From: Vicugna vicugna
Taxonomy: Eukaryota
Direction of reading: 5' to 3'
DNA length: 64,000 bases
NCBI GenBank assembly: GCA_013265495.1
Contig: MU058054.1
Span: 806,001 to 870,000 of the forward strand
Shown: one piece after another, positions 1 through 15,186 of the stretch
Numbering within the stretch: position 1 is the stretch's first letter
Layout: every line of letters starts with the position of its first letter
Notes under the pieces: generated by a model
The model's input: only the letters and a program-made list of their open reading frames with translations
Database searches by the model: none
Told to the model about the DNA's origin: nothing
Made by a program: the position numbers and the translations under genes

Positions 1-1978
1 CCCTCGGCCCCGCGCGGGCACCCCCAGCTCCCCTGTCCAGCCCCAGCAGGCCCCGGTGACGTGCGTCTGTCTGATCGAGGGGTGTTTTTTTACAAAGTGC
101 CGACAGAGTCCACATGCCGTCGGTCCCCAATGTGCTGATATAATTCCCATCTATGGCCTTATTTTGGAAAATCTTACGAGCAGAGCGAGCCATGGAACAA
201 TTACTGGAAAAAACCGAGGCGCAGCACACGTTTCTTTTCCCCACAGCACTTTGTCTAAATTCGGGCTGGCTGATGACGCAGCCCGCAGGCCAGCTCCCAA
301 GGGCCTCCGCCGGGCAGAGGCTATCTGCTGAGGCCGGAGGCGCCGGTGCCAGCTGGAGGTGAGAGGCCCGGGCTCCAGGCCCTGCGTTCGGCCACCTCAC
401 AGGAAGGGATGAAACCTTACTCTCCTTGGCCGAGGCGGCAGGAGGAGGGCGAGACGGTTCTGGGAAGGGGCCGCACCGCCAGTGAGGCTGCTCCACGCTG
501 CTGCCAGGCGGCAGTGACGGGGTGGGCTGCCCAGGACGGGCTGTGCTGGCCGTATCCCGTGTGGTGACACAGTGCCCCCAGGGAAAGACTTCCGCCAACG
601 AGGGGCCTCTTCCCGAGCACTTGAAGCTGGCCGGCTGCCTGCTGGGCCAGGTTGAGCCGCTGGCCCGAGGGCACCCTCCTCACTTGGCCTGTCACCCCAG
701 TGAGGGTCAGCAGGGGCCTGCGCACCCGGCCCTGGGGCGCCTTCCTGACCTGGGTGCTTGAGCTGGGCCCTCTGGGCTGCAGTCTGAGTGTTCAGAGGAC
801 AAATGGACCTCCCTCTGGCTCTTTTCCATTGGGTCCCTCTTTAAGTATCTCCCCTCCCCTTTCAGCTCGTGTTCCCCTAAATGATTTCAGCCTAGGCTAA
901 AAGGTGGGCTAAAACGTCCCTCAGGCTGGGCCTTTGGGCCTGGGTTACTCCTAGGCCGTTATCACTGGGTTGTAAGTTCTCCTGAGGACTGACCACTTGG
1001 ACTGCTCAGCTGGTCACTCATCCCGGATGTCAGAGACCCCAAGGTGGGACGTCCCCCGGCACTGCGGGGCAGACACGGGAAACAGCAGCTAAAATACGGT
1101 AAATGAAAGAGGAGGATTTTATGGACCGAAATCCTCTAACGAGAATCTGACTTTCCATAAGTCATGCTCATCTGGATTTCATTATAAACGGTGGCCCAGA
1201 GCCAATATCGAAATGGGTTTGGCCCGGGTGCAGAATGACTGCAAAACAAAATGGATTCCAAACATCTGGAAAAATGAAGAGACCGGGGGGAGTAAGTTGC
1301 AAGGCGCTGGCTCCAGCTGACGTGTGGGTACCCTGCGCTGGCTTGTGGGGCACGGGCTGGGCCCGCAGACCCGCCTCGCGGGAAACTCTGGTCCAGGTGT
1401 GGACAGAAGAGGAACAATTCTCTAAGCCCACACCAGAGAGAGGGGTCTGGGAGATTTCGACAGAGCAGACCAGGGAGACCCCTGACCATGCCCTGTTTAA
1501 ACCAGCTTCTGAAATGCTGAAAAAATACCATTTCTTTTCTGAGCAAGTAAACTGTGTTCCTTTCTGACAACCCAGATCTCCCTTCTCTGCTTCTCAGTTT
1601 TAACATCCTAGATCCTCAGGGTAATCCAGAGCCAGAGAGGAGGGAAGGAACAGTGAGGTGAAGACTTAACTCCTTGGAGGGTCGTCTTAAAATCACCTGC
1701 CCAAAATGAATGAGGAAGATGCCAAGAGGGCAGTTCTAGGCTCAGCTTTTCCACTCATGTGTGACCTCCCGAGGCCTCTGTTCCCTCATCCATATGACGA
1801 GGACGATGCCAGGGTCCCCACCCAGGACTGGGTGAGGGTGAAATGGAACAGGTGTGCGTCCAGCACCGGAGAAACCCTGACACCCTGGATGAGCACCGCT
1901 CAGCTGTTCCTCATTTACTGGCACCCGGGCCCCATCTGATCCCTGGTCCCTCTGCTCTTCGGGGCAAGCGCCAGCCTA

Positions 1979-2287
<309 letters not shown>

Positions 2288-4426
2288 TCACAGGGTCGTT
2301 CCTACATCAGCCACAGACCCCACCCTCAGCACCACGCTGGGCTCGGGCCCCTCCATCCCTGCCCTTGAAGCTGTCCCCACCGTGACAGGGAGATGCGCTG
2401 ACACGGGTGAGGGGAGAGGATGGAACGCTGGCCCCAGCTCCAGTCCCCAGGGCTGTGGGGACACCAAGGCAGGCCGTAAAGGGCCCAAGAACAAGGGTGA
2501 CACTGGGAGAGGCGGGCCTCGTGCTGAGTGACGGGGCCAGGCAGGACTCCAGGGAACAGGGCCAGAATGCGCACAGCGGTGTAGGGTGTGGCCTGGGGGG
2601 GGCTCTGCCCTTCGATGGAGGGAGTGCCAGAGAGACAGGCCCGCTGAAAGGCTCCCAATGGGAAACTCGGCAGAGGGTCCCCGGGCACCTCCACCCAGGC
2701 TCCTCTGATGGATCCACCTCTGCCAGGCCAGGCGGGAGTGAGAGATCTGGGCCACATTCTGGCCTCTGGGCATAAGGCTGGGTCGGAGTGACATTCACGG
2801 CAACGTGAAGGTGTGTGTGCCTCCCTCTCCAGGCAGTTAAACTAGAGACAGGCATGCATAAAGTTTACAATAAATCTCTTGTATGAAGTCCTGCTGCCTG
2901 GGTGCCAGGGATGTGTCAACCAGAAAAATAAAAGCACATGCCGGAAATGTCCAAAAGGTGAGCTGAGGTGACACTTAGTAATGGGCCAACGTGGGGTCTC
3001 TCAGCTGGCTGTGTGCCTCTGGGCTGGTCACTTTCTCTGCTAAGTCTGTGTCTGGCCTCAGAGGCCCCCCAGCTCCGACATTCCATGAGCTAACCAAACC
3101 CCACGGCAAGCCAGCTCTGCCCTCACCAGAGACAGGGCTGGGGGAGAGGGGTGCAGAAAGCCAAGAACGCAGCTGGACTTCCTCACTTCCTCCGAGGGGA
3201 AGGGAAGGGACAGGGGGTGAAGTGGGGCTAAAGGTGGGCTGCAGCCCTGGCCCAGCCAAGCAGCAGACGAGCACACCGTCAACCCCGGCTCCTCCTGGCT
3301 CAGCCACTGACTAGCTGTGTGTCCTTGGCAGGTGGCTTAACCTCTCTGAACTTGTGTCCTGAACATTGCCTCCTCACCTGAAGAGCCAGAGTAACTGGAG
3401 AGGACTAAGCGAGCCCAGAGTTAACACACGTACTCCGTAAATGCAACCACACGACATTCTAGAAACGCAGAGCACCAGCAGCATCTCAGACTCTGAAGCC
3501 TTCAGCTGCCCCTGCCCGTGGCCCAGTGCTCCGCCATCATCTGCTACTCAGCAGGCAGGGACAGGCGTGCCACTCACAGGGGCCGCAGGCAGTGGCCTGA
3601 GCCGCACGCTCTACCGGCCAGGCACAGGCCACACTCTGTGGGCTGCGAGCCCTGGGACTAGTGGGCTTCGGAGGGGAGCTTTCTGCCTCAGCTTTCTAAG
3701 TAAAGAGGCTTTGGATGAGATCAGCCTCCTGCCTCGTTGTCTACCTGGGCCTGGCCCTGTCCAAGCCACCCTCTGGGGAGAACTGGCACCTCTTGGAGTG
3801 TAGGTGGTGCGCACAGCCCTATTCAAAAAACCCGCAACAGTCTCCCTCAATAAAAGCAAAACTTTCTCAGGTCCTTCCACAGCCTGGTCCCGTCGTGCTT
3901 TCTAAATGTGTCCCCTGACTGTCTCTTACACGGGCTCTCCTGCAGCCAGAGTGCCGCCCACATGGGCCCTGCCCTCCATCCCTTCGGGGCTTCTGCCTGG
4001 AATGCCCTCGCTGTCCCCACCTCACCATCACCCTGTGCCTAATGCTTACCCACCCTTCCAAGCCCAAATGCCTCCTCCTCCATGAAGCCTTCCCTGATCC
4101 ATCCTGACAGTTAAATGTGTTCTTCCCCTTGGATCCGTGAGCACCTTGGCTGTGCTGCTGTCTTGGTGCTTAGCACCCTCCCTCATATTAAACCCATTTG
4201 TGTCTTTATCTTGGATACTCAGCTGATCAGTAAGGTCTGTGGGGGACAGCAGCGGGGCTTCGTGCACCCCTCCATCCCCCTACAGCACCCGGCATGGCTG
4301 TAGGAAGGAAGGAGGAAGGGAGGGAGCCAGCAGAGTACCTGAGCATCCATGCACGCAGGCAACGAGCAGGTACCCACAGACCAAAGGCAGATCTGTCAGA
4401 TGCTGCACCCTCTCCCCAGAGGTTCA

Positions 4427-4735
<309 letters not shown>

Positions 4736-4974
4736 TCAGGTCAGACAGGACTGGGCGTTTGGCTCCACACAGTGGCCCGGGGGCCACCTGAGCCCAGTGA
4801 AGGAGGCAGAGTTGCAGCAGATGCTCCAAGCTACTGGTTCTCTGCCAGCGTCACCAGTTGAATGGGACCGAGAGCCCAAGCCTAAACCCACAGGGAAGTG
4901 ATGGGCGACACTGGGTTCCTAACCCTGAGGCGGCTGATGACGAGAGGAAAGGGCACGGATAAGTCTTACTGGCA

Positions 4975-5082
4975 GCCTCGGCCAAGTTACTCAGCCTCTG
5001 AGCCTCAGTTTCTCCATCTGTAAGATGGGGATGACAATAATACCTACCTCGTGGGGTTGTAAGACACTCGGTAAGTGCCTGA
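4975..5082 (+). mobile_element. MIR SINE core
   Basis: caagttactcagcctctgagcctcagtttctccatctgtaagatggggatgacaataatacctacctc. Similar MIR relics occur near 3.3, 8.8, 13.1, 26.5, 36.8, 37.5, 40.4, 46.4, 47.8, 50.3, 51.3 and 57.5 kb. Confidence 0.8.
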
Positions 5083-6487
5083 TGGGCATTAGCCCTACTA
5101 CTACTCCTAACTACTGGGTCCCTTCTCTCTCCAAGATTCAGAAATTACTCAGTAAACCTGCAGAGCACCTCCTGGCGCAGCAGACTCCCCCGGGAGCCCT
5201 TCCCTGCAGGGATGGCTTAATTAATGCCACCCCTTGTACCTTTCTTCCCTCCATGCACTTTTCTCAAACATTCCACAGGTTTATGTCATTTACTTTTCCT
5301 TCATCTCTTAAATCCACTCCAGATGGACAGAAATGATTTTTCAGTTGGGGCTGCAATTCAAGCAGTTACATAAACCCCCTGACAGCGAGTCTCTGCTCGG
5401 CCAGGGGATGCTCTTTTCTCCTGCCTGGAAAGGTCTCTGTTCTCGCTCTTGGGGGGAGAGGCCCAGAGGGCCGGAAAGCAGAGCCAGGTTTCACAGGCAC
5501 AGTGTCAAGTGAGATGGAAACCAGGTGACCGGCTGCGGGCCTGCCTCCTCGTCCCCCCGCTGTCCCCATTTTCCTGGTCCAGTGCTACAGGGCTCAGTGT
5601 CTCACAGACACCGGGGTGCTTGCTGGCTGACGTAGGCTCCACACGTTATGTCATTTAAGAATGGGAGGCGGAGGTGGAGGTGGGAATCCCCAGGCCCAAA
5701 GGAAAAAATGTTTGTGCGGTTTTGGTCATTTTTGAAATATTATTTTTAAAATATAAAAAGTATAAAATGAATAAGTAAACACCTGTGTATACCACCCAGG
5801 ATCTTTTTAAGAGGACGACAAATGGGGAGGCCATCTGGGAAGGATGCGGGCTCAGCGACGGGGCTCTTTGACACCGACTGTGTCACACTTGCCATGTGGC
5901 CTCTACGGGGCTCTGCCCCTCCGTGGGCATCAGGTTATTCCCCGCAAAATGAGCTCCCCAGCTCATCCAGGCCCATGGCTGCCAAACTTTTCTTAACTGT
6001 AAAATCCTCTCTTCAAATGAAGACTTCTGTGAACGCCCAAGATATAAAACCAGCGAGAGCAGAGGTGCCTGATTCACCGGGGCCCTGCTGCCCTGCTGCC
6101 CTGCCCAGATCCTGGGTTTGCCCAGGAGACCCTCGGCTACACTGGGGGCTCCGGCTGATGTCTGGGAATCCCCCCCATCTCTGCACCAGCTCTGTGGACC
6201 TTCTAGGTGACTCTGGATGGCAAAACTGAATATCCTTAGCATGATAATTTTATGAGCAAACCAAATGACAACATATTAAGGCTTCACCTTCCTAAACTGA
6301 GCGATCTTTTAACCACGTGCCAGGTGTTAGAAGCGTGTTAGAAGCAGTGGGGTCCTGGCAGCAGGCAGACCTGTCTGTCTACCTTGTCAGAATAATCATA
6401 TATGAAATAAACAAGTAAAAGATCGCTCCTCCAAGGGGCCCTGAGTACTGAGACGCACCTCTCAGCACTTTAAGGGTATTTTGCTTA

Positions 6488-7033
<546 letters not shown>

Positions 7034-8485
7034 TTACTGTATAAAACTCGCAGTGGGACAGAATACTTGGGTGTTTTGAGAAGCATTCCACCGGCCTTGG
7101 CACTTCTCATTTCGTTTTAGCCCACAAAGGCCCTGCCCCTCCTGGCCTGGCCATGAGTTGAAGCTGTCCTTCAGGGAGGTGCTGGGCCAAACTCAGAAGG
7201 CCCAGGGACCAACCAGCCCCTGGGGCGTTTAAACGCACCGCACAGGCCGGGTGTGCTGACTGCGGTCCGGCCAGGCCACCTCTCTCTCTTCCAGGGTCCC
7301 CGGAGTAACTCATGCTGACCTCTGGGCCCCAGGAAGGCCTGTAGCTTTGGCTTGGCCTTGCTGTGGGCTGACTCCTAAACTGTGGAGCCACAGGGCCCAA
7401 GCCCGTGAAATGACAAGGCTGGTGCAGCCCGGGGAGTCCGCGCAGCACTCGCCACCTGTAACCACACAGGCACCAGGTGCTGTCTGCAGAGTGAAGCCGA
7501 TCTCGGCCTCTGATTACAGAAACTGTCCTCCAAATGTATCAGATGCCATCTGTCAGGGTGGCTAAGACACAAACTCACCTAAAAGAAACTGAATTGATTC
7601 GAGTTGTCAGTCTGTAGTCTCAATTTCAATCAAGGGCTCCTCAGAGCAAAACTGCCATCCTGGGATGGGGTGGTTCTTTCTCTCAGAAGAGTTGGGAACC
7701 CCTGAGATACAGGGTCCCCTCATAGGACCCCACATCACCTTTCCTGTGACTCCCGAGCCCTCCTGACCTCCAGCCATTCCGGGCTCCACACCTGCCAGGG
7801 TACCCCTGCCCTCCTCTGGCCGGTCTCTACATCGTGTCTCACCTCAGGGTCCATCCTCCCAGCCCTGGCCAGGCCCTTGTCATTCCTCACTCGCACCAGT
7901 GCCACGGCACTCTGACAGGCGTCCCCAGCACTCCTGACCTGCCCTTCCAGCTCCTTCTCTGCACCGCACTGCTCCCTGGGCCACGTCCTGCTCTCTGCCT
8001 ACTTGAATTCCACCGTTTCTTCAGGAATCAGGGAGTCTGCTGCTCTCCCTCCTCCATCTCAGAGCTCCGGGCTAGATCACTCACTCCAGCTCTTCCACAT
8101 ACGTGGAGCCGCCTGCTTACTTAGGGCACATCTTTGTGGGAGCTGATGAGAGGGACAGGAGGGGCTCGCCGTGCCAAGTCCCAGCACTGGCCCGAGACCT
8201 CTGCTCACCGCCTGCCAGGCAACTTCCCAGAGTGAGAACCCATAGGAACCTCTGCCAAGCTCACCAGACCTTTGAAAGTGGGAACAGGCCAGGAGAGAAA
8301 AAAAATCAGAAGTTGTTCCAAGAAGAGCCTGGGTCCCCTTCAGGGCAAAAGAGGCCCTGATCTCCTTTTCGGGTCTATGCCCACGATCCTGTCTAAAGGT
8401 ACAGAGAAGGTGAGCACGCTCGGGAGGAGCTGCAGACCACTGATATCCCTGCACTGAGTCAGCTGGAGGGTGAGGACACCTAGAT

Positions 8486-8710
8486 CCATTTCCTCAAGCT
8501 TGGCATTATTGAGATTTGGAACCAGATAATTCTCTGTTGCGGGGGGCAGTTCTGCGCATTCTAAGATGTGCAGCGGCAGCCCTGGCCTCCACCTACTAGA
8601 CACAGCAGCACATATCCATCTCACCCTCCCAAGCTGTGACAGTAAGAAAGGTCTCCAGACATTGTGAGAGGGCTTCTAGGGGGCAAGGAGCCCCCCGTTG
8701 ACAGTCACTG
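8486..8710 (+). mobile_element. MER20-like hAT MITE
   Basis: ccagataattctctgttgcggggg...cctggcctccacctactaga...ctgtgacagtaagaaaggtctccagacattg...cactg, flanked by cctagat on both sides. Confidence 0.8.
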
Positions 8711-11700
8711 CCCTAGATGTCCAACTAGGTCATGGAGCACGAGCTTCAAGGCCAGATGGACCAGAGTTCACCCTCCGCTCAGACGCGGACCAGCTGTGCG
8801 CCAGTAAGCAAACCAGTTAATCTCTGAGTTTCAACGTCCACGTCTGCCCCAGCCACCCAAGTGCAGAAGCTGTTTGTGGATGGACTGGGATGATTCAAAC
8901 GGAGTGCAGGGCATGCATCAAGCACTTAATAAATGGTGTGAACACGAATTATCATCATTTTGGTTATATGAACTGAAGAACAGCCTGTTCCTATCCTGAC
9001 CTCCACTGAAAGTAGGGCAAAGCACCCTTGCCCCCCTCCCCTCTTGCCAGGGTGCAGCAAGGGAAGAGGAGGGAAGGCAGGGGGTCCGAGTGACTTAATG
9101 GGGATGGAGGTGCAATGGGGCAGAAGCAGCCGCGGCTGGGTTGAGCCACGTCAGCCACATCCGGCTCTGGCTTTGCTCGATGCTCAACATTCCAATGAGA
9201 TAAGCTATATTCTAAACAATGTGGTCACTAAAATGTGAGCTATGTTGCTTGGAAACCTTAAACAAGCACCACCACCACCTATGAAGTCCAAGTGCACTCC
9301 AAGCCTTCAAGGTGGTCGGGCAGCGCGTCAGGCCCAGGAGGGACCAGGGAAGGACTGCGGGCCCCCACTGCCCGGGGCCAGGCTCTGCTGTGCCACCTTA
9401 GGGACATGACCTCCCTCTCTGGCCTCAGTGTCCCAGTCTGAACAGTGACTGCAGCGGCCTGGAAGCCATCGAAAGCAGACCATGTAGGTCATGGTGTTTC
9501 TGGCACGGGTCACCCTGAAGAGGCAGCCGTGGCTGATCTGGACCAGCCCTGGCTTCCCCAGCAAACTGCAGAACAGGGCAGAGTCCTCATCCCCAAATTA
9601 TAAAGCCTTGTCCAACACCTGGGCCTGGTCCAGGCTGAAGAGAGAGAGGTACCCTCCTAGGTAATGAAAAGCCAGCAGGTCACCCATTGGGTAACATGGG
9701 GCCAAAATTGCGTTCTGAGTAAGTACGGGCTTTGAGGTGTCTCAGAATCAGAGAGAGGCCCGGGGTCCCAGCCCAAGAGGCCCTCCCAAGCAGATCTGAG
9801 CCCTTATCTAAACATCCCTGCAACTCGCAGACACGCACAGGACAGTGTTGTGGAAAACACAGGACACAGGATCCTGACACATAATTAAGAAGATGCTAGT
9901 TTGGGATGCAGGGCACTCAGGCCCAGGCCAAGTCTGAAGGCTGCCATTTCAGAAGAGTGCTGTTTGGACGAGTTGACCTATGTTCAGAAGCAGGATTGAA
10001 CCAGAACAGCGCCCCAGCCCTGCACTTACTGTCATCTGCAAACAACTGAAAGTCGGCCTGCCTTTCATCTCTCTCCCTCCCATCACCCTCAGTGCTCCCT
10101 CCAGGCATTTCTGCAAGAGGAGCTGCAGACCAAAGTATGATCACCACTCCTGGGTTCTGCCTTGGACAGCACTTTGGTTTTAAACTGCACATATGCCCTC
10201 ATTTCTTTCCTACCAAAGGACTTATCCACACCATGGTTCAGTACAAGAGAAAGAAAAAGTCAGGATCCTGGAAAAGAGAAGACTATGAAGAGGCTAATCA
10301 TGAATTTATAGCTACTGAAAGAGCACTCAGCTTGGCTCTGAGCTTCCTAGCAGACAAGGCAAAAAGGGTGCATAATTTGCTACATGACTCTGGTTGGTGA
10401 ACAGATCCTTCTTACTAGTTCTGCAAGGGAAACAAAGCTTGTCTTGGACACTAAATCTTAGAAGAAATCTGTCAGGTGGCTCTCCTCCCCCACATCAATC
10501 AATCCAGCCAGCCAAGCAGGCCTGGTTTCAAGAGCTCCCCAACAAATGCAGAAGCAGTTTTACAGAAGGTGGCTTTTTTGGGGGGGAAAAAACCCCCAAA
10601 AAACATGAACATACGCCACTGATGGGCTCCTCTGGGAGGATGACTCAACAGGGGTAAGGTGACGTGCCCCAGTGGAAAGCGGTTTCACTTTTCCAGGCCA
10701 AGGACTAGGCACACCTGGAGTGGCAGCCCATGGCGCGTTCCCAAGGCCGTCCCTTGAGACAGCTCTGCTCCCACCGGACTGCTGTGTCTGTGCTAACCTC
10801 TCTTCCTGCAGCAGACATACTGGAGACACAGGAACCTCCCCCACTCCACCCGTTCTCGGCCCCCCACCCCCACCGGTGCAGTGTCAGCCAGACTCCTTCA
10901 GTGGCATGGGGCACCTCGTTCACACCTGGCCTCCTGCCAGCCCAACGCATGGGCTGGCTTCAGTTCTAAGTCCGATTCCAAGTTGGCATAGACTTTCTGT
11001 TTTGTTTAAGGAAAAGAAAACAGAATAAAACCCAGAAGGCAACACTTGGATTAAGGGATGCCTATTAAAAACATGTGCAAGAGATCCAAATCCGGTAAAG
11101 GAAAGGGGGGAGGCGGAGGGGGAAATTAACTTTCTGCCATATATTGAAAGCAGGGAGCAGGCCAAGGCCAGGAGCACAGACACCGTGAAGCTCAAGGTCA
11201 GAACACAAACGGACTGCCTTGGCCCTGCTCACCTGAGGAAGGCAGCTCCGTCCAGGAGACGCCACAGCCCAGTCCCCACGTGTCTTCGCGCCGCTGTGTC
11301 TCAGCCCTCCCTGTTCCCTCTGCTTGGACTGCCTGTCACCCTGATCTGTGGGGACTCAACCTTCCAGGCCCAGCTCAGGTGGCCGTGAGAGCATCCCCCC
11401 ACCCTGGTGTCTGAGTCACCTGTGGACCTGAGGGTGAGTCAGGCCAGCCGGGTCCCAGCAGCCTTGCACCAGCTCAACCTGTCATGAGGATTAGGCAGCA
11501 AACCAATTCATACACAGAAAGGAACCCAGGCCCTTTCAACCGAGGACGGGTTTACCAAGACCAAGATCAGTGGAAAAGGAAAAATCTAGGAGCCGGAGGG
11601 ACCCTCGGGAGCGTGATGGTACAGCCGGCCAACGACTTCCTGCCATGAAGACGCCTGCCCGTGGTGTTCCAAGCTTATGGAAGATTAGAGCCTGAAGAGG

Positions 11701-14700
11701 CCTCAGGAAAAGCCTTGTGCAGCAGCCCGAGACACTTGGGATCGGGTCGGGCCTGTAACGTGGACCCCTGCCCTCTCTCAGGGACCAGGGGTCCTCCCAC
11801 TACCCTGCCACCGGGGCCCCGTCTCCTGGCAGGAGGGGAAGGCAGCCCCAGGCCAAGGCCCTCTGGGAAGCCATCACCTCCGTTAGCTCAGCTCAGCCGC
11901 TGCCGCAGGACACTCCCTAGTACCTCATTTCCCCCCGTCCAGGCCCCCGCCCCGAGCTGTCTCACCTTCAAGCAGGCAACAGCTTACTCACTGGCAGGAT
12001 CTGGATCATTATCTTTCTCCTCTCTCCCCACCTCCCTCGCTCTCCCCTCTCCGGTTACCCCAATCCTTGATTTAAATGCTGAGGAAATTCCAGGTGACTC
12101 ATCCAGCACAATGTGTAATAACAGGAACATCACCTGCTCACATCCCTTCCCTGCAAAACAAAGCCCCAGGGTTGCCCGGAGCCCGCCGCTGCCACGCAGC
12201 TGAGCTGGGGCTCAGTCACCAGTCGGGCTCCTCCACGGGGCACCCCAAGCGGCTCTGCTGCGGCAGGAGGCTCCACCTTTTACCTGGAGTGGGGAAGAAA
12301 TGAAGCAGGAGCCAGATGTCCTATGCTTGCTTTCTTTTGTATAATAATTTCTCGACAAGAAATAATAGATGCCCGGAGATGCCCCGTCTTTCTCCAGGGA
12401 GAACTCTCCGTGTGCCAGTCAGCATCCTACCGTTTGGGACATACTGGCCACAAAGAAGAAAGGCAGAGGCGGCTGCTGCGGGCTGCCCAGACTCCCCCAC
12501 CTTTTATTTGTCCTTCAGCCCCCACCTCCCCCGAAACTTGCTCCCCAAAGGATGCCTGACATGAGGAGTTCTCTCCTGACGCCGCATCTCCGCAGAACCT
12601 GCCCCCTGCATCCTTCAGCACCTCCCTCCACTCTGGAAGTTGTGGGGTGGATGGACACGCAGGAGACGCTGGCCAGCCTGGACGAGGTCCCCACTGCGAT
12701 GCCACCATGCCCTCCTCTGAATGCTCAGGGGACTTCGTCTGCACCTACCTCTTATTTTATAATTATTTATAGTCCTGTCTTATTCATCCCAACCAGGCCA
12801 AAAGCTCCTTGAAGACAGGATCAGTGACTCCTCTTGGATTCCCACCGGGACTGGCAGACAAGGGGCAGCCAGGAAGTGCCTGGGGATGAGTGAGTGAGGA
12901 AGACACGGGCAGGGCCCCCACCCCACCCAGGGACCTCATGGGACACCAGGGCCCCCCACCTGACATTTGCTCCCAAGTTCATCTAAGTTCGTAAGTGCCT
13001 CCTTGAGCCTCGTTCTTCTGAGAAAGGGGAGAGCTGGTCTGAGGGACCCAGCAAGGCAGGTCCTGCTGCACCTGGGGACGTGTTCTGGATCCCTCAGGCC
13101 TGAGTTCAAAGCCAGCTTCTCCATTTGCCAGCTGTGTGAATGGGGCAAGTTTGCTAACCAGTCTGCCCCTTGGTTTCCTCTCCTGCAAAATAAAAATTTA
13201 CAGTACCGCTGCTCCTACAGTCATTATGGGGATTCAATTAACAAGCACGAAGCACTCTGAAAACACTCAGTGAGTAGTAAGGTCTCAAGAAAGTCTGACA
13301 CCCTCATCACCATCCTCTCACCCCCTTCCAGCTATGGTGCCAGAGGCTATGGGCCTGACCACGTGGGTCCCTACCAGTAGTTTTGAGTGGGTGAAGGTGT
13401 GGGTCAAGGGCTCAGAGAGGAAGCAGCTGTCAGTGCCCGTGTCTCAGCACGAGTCCTAACCTGACTCGTCAGCTGACTCGTCCCCCTATTCACATCTTCC
13501 CAGCACAGCGGCACCCCCGCTCTGCCCTCCAGGCTTCCTTTGGAAGAAATGGCTTAAGAAATCCCCTCAGACAAGGGGCTGAGGAACTGGGCAGCCTGGG
13601 AGGGGGTGGGCAGGGAGCTGGGGCAGCAGGCCGTTGTGCCTTGGGGCCAAGTTCAAGAGCATGCTGTCACCCTCGTCCACACCATCTAGAGGCGAATCCA
13701 CACAGGGGACCACTTCCAGTCTGAACCACCGCATCAGGTAGTCAGGTGGCAAAGTCAAGCACCAGCCCTGATGTCTGTCAACAGAAAGGGCAGTGGTGGC
13801 CATGGGGGCGTGAGGGGGTTCACCCTCCATTGCTGAAAGCCCAGAGGCAAGTTCACAGTCATGGCCTTTAAGTTCTCAAGGGTTAAGGCAGCTTCCAGCC
13901 TGCAGAGTTTGTGTTTAGTAACTCCTTTAGCCCCTTCACACTGAGAATGCGACCGTCCCTCTGCAAAGCCCAACACGCACAGTGATATTATTTTACAAAG
14001 ATGTTAAAACCGATCCCCCAACGTCCCATTTCCCACTGCCCACTTGTCAGCCTGTATTAAAAGGTTTTCAAGCAGCTCCCCGTGTTCCAAATGATGACCT
14101 TCTTCATCTGATGCTATCAGTCAAGGACTGGGAACAACTGAGAACAACAGGGAACAAAAGCCAGACCGATCCACTTGGATTCACCAAGCTTGGGTATTAA
14201 CTCTTTCTTTTCCGGAGCCACTCATTAAGCCCCGGTAGAAACTGAAACAAAGTCAAACTCCCAGTTTCCTAAAACTACCAGAATGACACAGAAAAAAATT
14301 CTCCTCAATAAAAGCTGAGCAAGTATTTCATTTGTTTTGAGTCCTCCGCAGGCCCTGCCCTGGAGGTGAAGGACACTCGTGGATTAGAAAAGCAAGTCTC
14401 AGAAAAATGACTCAGAAGTCCAACAACCGAGGGAAGGTTCTGGAAGGGACGGCCCAGCTGCTCCAAAACGTCAGGAGACGATGCGAGATGATCAAGGAGC
14501 CATCCCAGTATGGAAATGTGTTTACAAAATAACAAAGAGGGGAAAAAAAGGAGGGGAAAATGGATATGCACTGTGATCTCAATGGCAAAGCACAAACACA
14601 TATGGCCTAAACCCACCCACATCAGAAGGACCATGAAAAAACGAAAGCAGTTGTGTTAGGGTAGGAAGACACTGGGAAATTCACTTTTTTTTTTTCAAAT

Positions 14701-15135
14701 TTCTTTTACGGTGCTGTTTCAAATAAAAATGACATCACTGTCAGCTGATAAAATCCAAGTAGGTGTATGTGAAACGAGGCCCCGAAAGCCGGGGGCTGCA
14801 GTCTGCCCACTGTTCATGGCCTTGCATCAAACCACACACGGATGCTCGCCAACCACAGACCCTCTCTCGAGCACAAGGTTGGGGCTTTTCATTCACTCAT
14901 GTCTAACCGCCCCCCAGGGGAAATACAGACCCACACGCAGCTGCCTTTCCTGCCACCACTGTTCCCGAGTGTCCCTTTCTGTGGGTGACCCCAGAAGCAC
15001 TGTAGCCAGAAATCTGATGGGCCGTGCTGGGTGCGGGTCAGGGGGAGCCTCCCCCTCAGGCCCCCCCCCACACCGGCCACCAGCCAGGGCTGCAGCTAAA
15101 GGGGGTTCGAGTCGTACAGACAAGGAGCTACTTAC

Positions 15136-15186
15136 CCAAGTTATTGTGTGCCGGGGACATCGGATTCGGGGAGAGGTTTGGAGAAC
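15136..15186 (-). CDS. SMAD3: SMAD3 coding exon 5 (51 nt; linker SP phosphosites)
   Basis: Acceptor cccacAG|GTTCTCC, donor TTGG|GTAAGT. Translates GSPNLSPNPMSPAHNNL. Found by manual reading; the frame agrees with exons 4 and 6. Confidence 0.98.

Noticed and set aside
6324..6345. Short direct duplications (GTGTTAGAAGC x2; also ~13461 and ~16095)
   Set aside because: Two-copy slippage duplications with no repeat-spacer periodicity, so not CRISPR-like.
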